DNA of 64,000 bases from Raillietiella orientalis. Taxonomy: Eukaryota. The stretch lies in the NCBI GenBank assembly GCA_036172245.1, contig JAYWIR010000006.1:558001-622000 (forward strand), given 5' to 3'. Positions within the stretch are counted from its first letter, which is position 1; each line of letters begins with the position of its first letter. A program made the position numbers and the translations under genes. A model generated the notes under the pieces. It saw only the letters and a list, made by a program, of their open reading frames with translations, searched no databases and was not told the DNA's origin. Of this stretch, positions 11,801-21,800 are shown one piece after another.

Positions 11801-13190
11801 CTCCGGCAGGCTGCAGAGAACACCTCTAACAGGAAGAACGGGAAGCTGCCCTCTGGGGGGAGAGAGAATCGTACCGGAACCTGGAAATCGACGCGCCGAA
11901 GGTACTGCTGCTGACGCTCCCGAGAGGGAACTCTCGCTCTGGGCGGCGAGGTTTGACGAAGGGCTCCCTTCCCCACAGGGGAATGCAAGGAGGAGTCCCC
12001 TCCTCTTTCGATTTCCTCCGGACGTGCTTGAGAGTTTTCCGAAGGGTGGCCGTGGCACGCCGTAGTCGGAACAAAGGCAGTGCCGAAAGCGGGCAGGCCC
12101 CTGAAGCGATGATCAGAGCCCGTCACCGCCGCCCACCATCGTTCTCACGTAAAGCCAGAAAAGCGAGTGGGGAGGTCAGGGTAGAACAGCAGAGGACTCC
12201 CCGGCTCCGGAACCCGCACTGGGTAAAAGGAAGGGAAGGGGGAAGAGACCTTAATCGGGAGCTTCCTGTGGAACTCTTCCTTTGTTAGCAGTCGCAACCG
12301 GGAGAGAGGGGGGATCCATCTGCTTTCCTTAGCATCTCCCTTGACCCGGACTACAACTGGGGCTGCAATCAGCTCTGTTGGGTCAGCAAAAGGGGCGGAG
12401 ACTTCGATGAAGCCCTTCCTTCACCCTCTCGCCCCCTTCTCACCATTCGAGTGTCCCCAGAGTGCAAAGCCCTCCTCGGAGGTAGCTCTTGTCCCTGCAG
12501 ACAGGAAGATCCTTGTTCCCCTCCCCCCTCTTCCCAGTCAAAAAGGGTACAATTCATCCTGGAGGAAGCCAAGGAGACTGAGAAGCCCATGTGGTTCTTC
12601 CACTTCCTTCTGAAGAAGCGAAGCAGAAGAGCGTTGGTTCGCGGGAGGAGACCTCGTTCTCCATGGGAATAGGTGAGGGCGGCTTTGTCTCCTCCCACGA
12701 GGGCGGTTGTGAACAGAGAGAGAGCATCGCCCTCCGCGAATGACCTGCCGGCCACCTTGTGGGAGGCTTGTCCTGCGAGGGAGGGTGCGTGGGGAGGGAG
12801 GCATGTCTTAGTTCCTGCTTCTCCGAGAGAGGCTGCGCTTCCTGCGTCCTAGAGACAGGCCGTGTTCTCTCTTTCGATCCCTCCCCTTACCTACCCCCCA
12901 CCCAACCACCCCCCGGGTCTACTTCTCCACGCCAGAGGAGACTCCTCAGAGATGAGGGGAGAGGGAGAGGCCAGTAATCACACTTCATTCTTCCCGGTGT
13001 GCCGTCAGACAGACGGCTTTATTGGTCGCCATGGAAGCCAAGACAGCCGAAAAGTGCAAGCAGTGCGAGGAGGGGACGTGCGAAGCGAAGGATACGGAGA
13101 GGGGAGGCAGAGTGCTGCGAGTGGTGCTCTTCGGGGAAGTAGGAGGAGGAGGGAACGAGGAGGAGGAAGGAAAGGGTAGCTGCAGCCAGC

Positions 13191-15643
13191 TTAGCGTCCG
13201 ATCCGGATCGACCCGGCTTCCTCCTCTGGGTCGTTCTCCTTGTTGGGGTCCTGGAAGAGAGAGGGAGGGGTCGCCGCGAACTGGACCTCGGGGTCAGCCC
13301 TCAGGGGCGGACCTTCCCTCACCTCCTTCTCCAGCGTCTCTTCCTCCTCCCCCTTCTCGGACTGGGCCTTGCAGTCTTCTGTCTGCTTCCGGTAGTCGAG
13401 ATCGTCGAAAATCTTCTTCTCCCCGCCTCCGGGGCGGTGCTTGATGTAGTCCAGGGACCCGACCTTGCTCTGCGCCTTTAGCTCCAGCTTCCGGTTTTCG
13501 ATCTGAGGAGGAGGAAGAGCATGACCTCAGGGAGAGTCCGAGGCGCACCCGTCTTCCAGAGGGTGCGCGTTCCCAGGGGAGCCCCTGCCCCTGGGAACCA
13601 AGTCCGGACCCTCAGCCTTCTCGACCTGCGAGAGGGAGCGACGATTCTCGCCCCACTGCTCGTCTGGTCGCATCCGGACGCAGCGAGGGGAAGGGGGGAG
13701 GGGGGAGGGGAATGCGGGGAGGGAATCGGAAAGATCGGAGGCGGTGCGTTTCAGCGCTCTCCGCCCTCTAGGATCCCCCACTGGCGCACGCGCGCCCTTG
13801 TTCCCCCTCACTGTCTTTCCTACCCCTTCTTCACCTTGACTGCGCCTCCTCCCGGCTTGTAGCTGACGTTCGCGGTGGATCCCACCTTGGACTGGGCGTT
13901 CTTGTTGAAGTCTAGCTTCTGGGTCTGGATCTTCTTGTCGCCTCCTCCAGGCTTGTAAGACGCTTTTTCCAGGCTCCCCACTTTGCTCTTCGCATTCCAC
14001 CGAAGCTTCTGGGATTCGATCTGGAAAACAGAGGAGGTGCTCCTTCAGGAGGTGCTGGGAAGGAGGCGAGGAAGAGCGAGGATGTCTGACACCGGAAGGG
14101 GGAGGAGAGATCCAGGAAGGCCGGCCCTCTTCTGACGGCAGGATCTTGCCGCAGGGGTTCAGAAGGGGTTGGGGGAGACGCTAGGTGCGTGCAGAGAGAG
14201 AGAAGGGGGGGATAAGAAAGTGTGCTCCAGCGGAAGCTCGGAGTTTCAGGTTCTTCGTCGGCAGGGAAGTCCACCCTCTTCCGATGCCCTCAGGCACTTT
14301 TTTTGTCTGCCTGGCTCCAGGAGGGCAGCGACGGCCGATCTCTGATGCGCGTCTCCCTCACCCGGGTTTCCCAAGATGAGCAGTCTCCTCCCCCCTCTCC
14401 CAAGAGCGCTCACCAGAGGCAAAGAGGCGGAGTGGGATCGGTCTCTTCCCGTTCCCCAGGAGCCTCCGCTCCTTAGGAGGAGGAGTGAGGAAAAGCAAGG
14501 AGCGGCACCGCCGCCACCCACAGGCGATCTTCCTGAAAGAATGCTGCTATCTTCTGGGATCCCCCTTTTTCCTCGGCACGAGAGAGGAGGGGGAACCGCC
14601 GCCTACGAGCCGCAAGGACGAGGGAAAGACGGTGCAGGAAGGAGTGATGGGTCAGGGCAAGCCGCCGGGGTCGCCGAGTTTTTGCGCGCGCCCTACGACG
14701 GCGCCGACCCCTCAAAGGGCGCTTCCGGAAGGAGATCCGCTGCGCAGGAGAAGAGGGGAGAAGCTGGGAGGAGCACCCAGCATCCTCTGGGAATCTGGAC
14801 CAGAAGGAGCGCTGTACGGAGGCCTGAGGATGCTTACCGTGAGATCCCACAGGGGAGATCGAGCATATCAGACCTTCCTCATCCCTCTCCCCTCCTCCTC
14901 TTCCCCGGCCGGAGTGGGGACAGCCTCTGGACATCTTTCCCCTGTGCTGGCAGAGTAGCACCACAGGGAAACTCCGCATACGATGGCGGTTCCCTAGTAA
15001 CTACTCCTCCCGCTCGGAGAAGAGCCCCTGATCATCCTTCAGGGAGTGGAAGAGGAAGGGGGGTGAGGAAAGCCCCAGTGTGTGTGGGGTGTCCGGTCCG
15101 TGGAAGGGACTTACCCTCGGGCTCGGAGGCGACGGGAGAGAGGGAAGTGATGCCTCAGGGTTGGAGGGGTTCGAAGGACCCCCTCCCGAACGGAAACGAG
15201 GACAGATCCATGTGCGCTGCCCAGAAACCGCCCTAAGTGACCCCAGAAGGGAGAAACTGCTCCCGCAGCCTGCACCGAGACCGAGGAAAATCTCGCTCAT
15301 GCCGGAGGCGAGGTCGCGGAGCAGCCGCCGACCTCCAGCGCGCTGCCAGCGCAGGGAGCACGGTCCTCCGGGGAGGAAGCGGAAGGCAAAAAAGAGGAAA
15401 GGACAGAGGGACAAATCCCGGAGTAGAAGGAGGAGGAGGGGCGGCAAGGATCTGGCGGGAGCCGGGGTCTGCAGCAGGTTCCGGAGGTCGAGGACCTCAG
15501 GGAGCGCCTGGAGGGGAGTCTCACCTTGACCGCGCCGCCTCCGGGTTTGTACGCGGCGTAGTCCAGGGATCCGACCTTCGACTTGACGGCTTTCAGGTTG
15601 GGGGAAGGGGCGATTCCCACTTGTATCTTGTTCATAGGCACTT
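13191..15643 (-). CDS. tau: Microtubule-associated protein tau/MAP2 family, repeat domain and C-terminus
   Basis: In-frame GT-AG exons: 15643-15525 (VPMNKIQVGIAPSPNLKAVKSKVGSLDYAAYKPGGGAVK), 14020-13835 (IESQKLRWNAKSKVGSLEKASYKPGGGDKKIQTQKLDFNKNAQSKVGSTANVSYKPGGGAVK), 13502-13323 (IENRKLELKAQSKVGSLDYIKHRPGGGEKKIFDDLDY...) and 13250-13191 (DPNKENDPEEEAGSIRIGR*). Four KxGS..PGGG repeats. Confidence 0.93.
14560..14850 (+). mobile_element. Reverse-transcriptase relic inside tau intron
   Basis: VQEGVMGQGKPPGSPSF (like GVRQG.PLSP.LF) followed by ALYGGLRML at the expected YADD spacing. Very degenerate. Confidence 0.25.
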
Positions 15644-15827
15644 CTGCAAGGAGAAGAGGGGGAAGATGAAAGGAAGGATCTCCTAGGATAACGCGGGTGA
15701 CGCGAAGCGCAGCTCCAGAGGAGAGAATCCTTTCGGGAGGGGAGATGTTTGGCTGACTGCCGACGAGGAGATCTTGCTGGAAGGGCGGAGGCGTCGAGGG
15801 AGGAGAGCCCGTCGTCCTTCAAACCAC

Positions 15828-16304
15828 CTTTCTTGATTCCCGGCATCCTGTGGTCGCGTCTCGAGAACGGGAGGATCCCGAGCAGCCCGCGGGATCGAAG
15901 GAAGGTCGCCTCTAGCGAGGGGAGCGACTTGCCTCCGGGGAATCGAGCTCGCGAGGCTCGTGGGTGTGGTCCGGGGACTTCTCCGGAAGCAGATCGCCCG
16001 TGCCCTCCGGTTGCCTGGAGACGGAGTGGCCTCGCGCAGACGGGGGAGCTCCGCTGCCCCCGCGCGTTTTTCTCCCACCGATGCCGCCCTTCACGCCGGC
16101 AGGACGAGCTACTCGCCCGTCCTGCCCGGCGCGTCGTCCCGTGGGTACTACGCTCCCGGCTTCTGCTTCGGAGAGTGCGAACGCGGGAGGATGTCCCGCT
16201 GGTGACAGCTCCGCGCCTCTTCCACCCACGGTCGGATGTCCCGTCCTGCTTCGTCCCCTTCTCTTCTCTCTCTCTCGCGCGCCGCTCGCCACCAACTGAT
16301 AACC
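15828..16304 (-). CDS. tau: Candidate tau basic/Ser-Thr-Pro-rich exons upstream of the repeats
   Basis: Phase-consistent chain: 16304-16095 (Arg/Ser/Thr-rich), 16014-15933 (RRSPRTTPTSLASSIPR, ends at GC donor AG|gcaagt) and 15859-15828 (RDHRMPGIKK, phase-1 end), which joins to give IKKEVPMNKIQVG. Confidence 0.45.
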
Positions 16305-16712
16305 CTGCAACCCGGACCCAGATCAACAGCGGGTTGGAAGCGGAGGTGGGGGGGAGCACACGAGAGCTCATGGTGCTATGCACACCGTCGCGTGTGCAGG
16401 CACACATCCGGCGCTCGAGAGCGTTTGCTGGAGGAGCTTCAGTAGCCTCCCGTTGCTTGGCAGCCGGGGGCATCCGGGAAGACGAGCTCACTCTCGGTCG
16501 TCACGTGATGGAGGGAGTTTCCTCCGGGCGTCCGCACGTTCAGGGAAGCCCGGTCGGCACTGGACGTTTCCACGGATGCGGAGCGGCCCACGAGCGACGC
16601 GTTCCGGACCCGTTGACGCGATAGCGTCGTGCCGGCGGCGACAACACGCCATCGCGACCGGGCTGCTTTCGCGCGCCGTCCAAATGGCTACTGCTCATGC
16701 AACGTCCCTTAC

Positions 16713-16736
16713 CGGCTACTGGAGACACGCAGCCCG
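16713..16736 (-). CDS. tau: Candidate 24-nt tau microexon (xGCVSPVA)
   Basis: cccctccctgcAG|CGGGCTGCGTGTCTCCAGTAGCCG|GTaagg. Frame-preserving, phase 1-1 like its neighbours, with TGCATG 11 nt into the downstream intron. Confidence 0.45.
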
Positions 16737-18559
16737 CTGCAGGGAGGGGAATCGCGCGCCGCCACCACCGCACTTTTTATTGCTGCGGTTTCTGTCTCTG
16801 CGCTTTCCCGGAAGCGGGAATTGCTGAAGGACGGATCCGCGGTCGCCATGGCACCGGCAGCGAGCGGGCGGCCAGAGAGTTCGCCTTCCTGCTCCGCATG
16901 AGGTCGATTTTCGGCTCAGGAAAATCCCCCACGAGAACAGAATGGAAACCGCCTTCTCACCGCTTCCCTCACCTGAACTTCCACTTCGAAAACGGGAATT
17001 TCGGGGAATCGAAAGGAACCTTGGAGTTTCTCAGGACCTGTCGGAAGAAACGGGTGCGGATAGAGAGAGAGGCTGCGTTCGGCCCCCTCGAGTCCCGAAA
17101 ATGGAAGGGAATCACGTACGTTCCCCTGCGCCGCCACCCGAGGGAGCCCGAATGGCAACGCCCCTCGCCTTTGCGAGCGCGCTCTCGAGGGAGAGGGGCA
17201 GCGGGGTGTTCTGTTCGATCGGCTTTGTCATCCAAGCTCCAAATACTCCATGCCTTGCTCTCCTGATGCATTGTGGAAAGCGTCTGGAGTCCCAGGACTT
17301 CTACCACCTGAGGAAAGTGGTCCAAAGCACGCGATTAGAGGATGTGCGTCAAGGCATTCAACGTGCGGGGAGCCGCGAGGTGCGGAGTTTTCCGGATTCC
17401 CGTCATGCGAGGGATGGAAGGCGGAGCTAAAAGGACTGCGTCACCTGCATGGGGCCCAAGAGGGATGCACGGTTGGATGGTCCTCCTGTCATCTGCACTT
17501 GCCCATCCTTGCTTGGCTCCCAAGAGCCGAGAGCTGAAGCGCCATCTGATGGTCTGTCTCGGGTGCGCGAGGAGTTCGAGCAGCGTCCGCCTCGAAGCGC
17601 TAATCGCGCAGGAGTCCCAAAACGTGAAAGTCGAACGTGGCGAACTGCGTCACCGAAAATACACGCGCGCGAAGCGCATGTACGTACACATGAGCTCGCG
17701 AGCGAAAGGGAAAGGACGTTGAACTGCGCAGTTTGGCACGTCGTGAGGAAAACTCACCGGGATACTGTTCCGGTGACAGCAAGGATGCAGTCTCCGGAAA
17801 AGTTTACTCAGCTTTCGGGTCGGAAGAGGAAGTCAAGTGCGAGTGAGAGGCATCTTCGTTCACGGTAGGGGGCGTACAGACATTGGAATCTCTGATGGTG
17901 CGAATTAGCCGATCTCCGAGTCAAGAGCATACTGCATCCTTCCGAAATCAGCCATCCAGTGTCCTGTGTCCGGAGTGATGAAATGCAGGGACCACTCAGC
18001 GATGAAGACGAAGGACAAACGTCGACGAGGGAAGGATTTTGCTGCTTTCGTCCAGGAGGAATGCAAGTGGCATCTTGAAGCGAGATGGGGCAGCGAAACT
18101 CAGCTTCAGCGGTCGGGCGGTCGTTTTGTCCGGGAAGCAGATTCGCAGAGAGGCGGCATCACTGCCTTCGCGGTTGATCGCGAGAAGATTTCGCCTGCTG
18201 ACCGAAACCGTTCGTTGCACCTTATTCTGTACATGCCTGTGCTACGCGCTGACTGAAGCACATCACATGTTTACAGCTGCGTCTCCACATGGCAAATCAG
18301 AGTGAGAAATCGCCATCGTCATGGAAGATGGAATCACAGTTAAAGAAAAATTGGCATGGCTTCAGACTTTTCCTACTTATTCTCTCAAAACTAGGACGTA
18401 TACGACCCCACAACACGTGTGCACACATCAGGTCTGAGTCGCGAACTCGGTAAGCGCTCCAAGCTCACCGTACACATCCGTGTACGTACGCGCGCGAGAG
18501 CCGCACTGAAGCATGCAGAGTGACCACAGGTGCGAGACGGGTAGTCCAGAACCTACTGA

Positions 18560-18800
18560 GCGTGTCAGCGGCTTGTGTTGTTCTTTCTCTTGCAATCCTC
18601 TGTAGCACCATCCGGTACCCTCCTCTGAAGTCAATCTCTTTGAGGATGTCGCCGTTTCGTTCCCGATGGAGATGAATTCCACTGGGGTTCCCCAGCGGCT
18701 GAACCGTGTCCACGGAACGGAACGAAGGAAAGCAAGGTAAAAGGGAGGTCCGAGACCCGTGCAGAAGGACGTGGTGCTCGCCTTTCACGGGTTCACTACG
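18560..18800 (+). mobile_element. Reverse-transcriptase relic
   Basis: NSTGVPQR at about 18675-18698 (GVPQG motif) with a downstream KDVVL. Surrounded by stops. Confidence 0.25.
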
Positions 18801-21800
18801 CACGAGGCAAGGAGACAGCCATTCGTTTCCTGCTTCCCGCTCGGCAACGACAGAAGCTCCCGTCTTGCGTCACCTGAGATCTGTCCGAAATCGCTCCAGG
18901 AACGCCTGCTGCCTACGTGCAGTCACGAGTTCCACAGAAGCGTGCCTTGGGTTCTGAGTTTTCGGAAACTCCTGGGGGTTTGGAGGGCTGCCTCAGGTAA
19001 ACAAGAAACACATTTCTTCTTGACATGACTTCCTGGTCCATGCACCGTCCCTTGAATTTTTCTCCACCCCTCTTTCCCCCATCCCCCAAATGGAATAAAA
19101 ATAAACCTCGAGTAAGTGCAGAAACCAAAATACTCAGGCTGAACTTTCAGCTTCGACCACACTCTCTCTCTCTCTCTTGCGTTAAAGAAAACTCGCATTT
19201 TCCGGTTTCTATCGCTTGCACCAGTGAGCATGCACCACCAACGCAGACGCGTCACTTTGCAAGCGGCAGGGAGAAGCGAGGAGAACCAAAGGCATCCCGT
19301 CCCGTCTCCTCCTCACTGCCAAAAGCAAGACGCCATATCTTCCACGATATCAGACTCCCACGCGAAAGAACCCCATAAACTGACCAGCGTCACCATCTGT
19401 CAAGCAAAACAAAACATACAGGAAACGCGCCCACGATTTACAGGAAGTCTCGGTTTCGAGTGGTATTCATAATTATTACTGGTCGGCTGGAGGATTCCAA
19501 GGCGAGTGCACCTCTTGGAAAGACGCACCACTAGAATCGCACTCATTCGTGATTTCCGCCTCCGAAAGGTACGGGAGCGGCACGCGGCGGCCTACGGTTC
19601 CCGCACCGCCTCCCTATGCGTGGAAAAGGGGGGAGCCACCGAGATCAGCCCGGCTTTCCCTCAAAGCGGCTGACTATCACCAGACAAAAGGAGGCTGCCC
19701 GTCTAATCTCTTCCAGCTCGGTCGGCGTTTGGGAATCCTCCTCCGCTTGCTGTTTCCCCGTGCCGTGAGAAGTGCATGAACACACTCCCTTGTGATCGCA
19801 TCCGCTGAACGATTTACGTGAGGGGGACGGCATATTTTTTTTTTTTTCCTCTCTCTCTTTTCTTTCTCGGGGAGGACGTCACACGCCTGTGTCTCCGATG
19901 ATGTCTATCCACGCTGTCGGAAGCAGCCCCCGAAGGAGAAGGTCACCTTGCATTGAGGGTTCTTGTGCAAATGAGCGAAATCATCAAATTAGAGCGTTGG
20001 ACTAGGGGAGGTGCAAAGGCCGGCGCTTGCCTTCGCTACTTGAACTTGAAAGGGAACGCGCATTCCATGTTTCGGGATACGCCAAGTGCTCTCTTTCGGT
20101 AAGATTGACGGACGGACGCGATACGTTCACACGGTTTGTAGCATCCCTCAGCGGGCTACGGGACTTGACGCAGCCACCGAAATGAAGTCAGTTCTTCGTT
20201 AAAGACCTATCATTCATCATCTTACCACGAGCAGCGACTTTGGTGGGGCAGACGATCCTGACGATTTCCCACGGAGAATTCGTACGCGGCCACGAGACTC
20301 GTTTCAGCCACCACTGACACTTAGCCTCAAGCAAGCCAGATCGATAACAACGAAAAAGCAAAAATAAAAGTGGTGTGCAACTGCTCTCGAAACTTTTCCC
20401 AAACGCCCCCCTCCCCCTCCTGGTTCGAAATGCTCAACCGGAAACCGTCCAAAGCTCGGGTCTACATTTTGAAACTGCAGCTATCCTCGTAGCAGCCGCT
20501 TTCGTCCCAGTGGTCGTGTTCCGAAGAGGAAAATTTCAGCGGTTCCGTGTGTCTCCAGCATCTTGGAGCAACTCTCTCTCTAGGATTTCTTTCCCGCTGG
20601 ACAATGCTGCCCACTGCTTCTTCTTCGCCACCCCGCTCCTCGATCTTCTCGTGCTCACTTCATTCGATTCGTTGCCGTGTTACTGCGCACAGCGTCCTAT
20701 TTTGGACGATAGCTCTCGTGGTTCGGAGAAACCGGAAACTACTCGTACACCGACGGAACACGTGTGCACACTGTTTGTGCATGCTCATGAATAATCCGGT
20801 CACGATACGCTGCTGAGCTCCGGTCACTGCCACTACCACGATTTGCGAATGGTGTCTGCTCCTTCCGGTGGGATGCACGCTTGCCTCGGAATGGATTCTG
20901 ACCGCGGCCACTCCACCACCTTTCCTCATCAGGATGCAGACGCCTGCTTCTTCGTGTTTCGTATATGCCCTCCAGATCTGATCCGATGTCCGAGTTTTCT
21001 TCAGATCGATAAGATACGGCCGAAAACCGCGCTCATTTGCGAACGCGCATTTCTAAGATGACTTCATTTTCGGACATGAGAGTTTTGTATCTCTTTGTGC
21101 TTTGACTATCGGGCTCGATTTGGGCATGTCTTTCTTTTGCGTGTGAATTCTACCTAAGCCACTATTCTATTCATCTGGCGGAAAAACTCTGTTCTTCCGT
21201 CATCCCACTGCTTGATCCAAGAGTCGAGCTTTCATCTAGCATCCTGGTGCACACCCCCGACTGTCCCAGTTCTCTGTTCGACACACACTTCTTATGAGTG
21301 AATGGAAAGGATCGTGTGTCCTCCAAGGCGATCGTGCTGACCACGACGTCGCTGTGAACATCAAAAGCTTTTGTAGGGTCCAGCCAGAAGACCAGCTGGA
21401 ATCATTTCATCCAGAGCAAGGAAGCAATGCATTCGTTAGAGTCCCTCGATCCCTAACCAAAGAAGCGGTTGCTGCTAAAAGAGGATCCAGGCATACCAAC
21501 TAAAGTCGTCCCTCATCTCAGAGCACCCTCATTTCAGTTTCCCACAGAACGGAAGCTCGGCTCAGGCCGTCAAACCCAGAGTTCACCAAACAGGAGTATC
21601 CTTACTGCCAATTTCTCGAGATCGAGAGTTCAGCGCTTGATGCTGGGTAGCGTAAATAGTGGAGGAGTGCCTAGGTAAACAAAATGTCACAGCTACAGGG
21701 GAGGTTCCTTCGAACTTTCACTAAGCACTGTGCTCATCGGCATGCGCAGGGATGCCTAAGGAGTATCTGTCAGTGAAATCCATCACTTCCTAATTATGGC

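Noticed and set aside
15001..16491. 496-aa ORF and other long Arg/Gly/Pro-rich ORFs (e.g. 50843-52072, 52281-53522, 49763-50752, 62571-63569) as whole genes
   Set aside because: Stop codons are rare at this GC content, the ORFs overlap in several frames, and they have no domain content. Only spliced sub-segments of 15001-16491 are retained as candidate tau exons.
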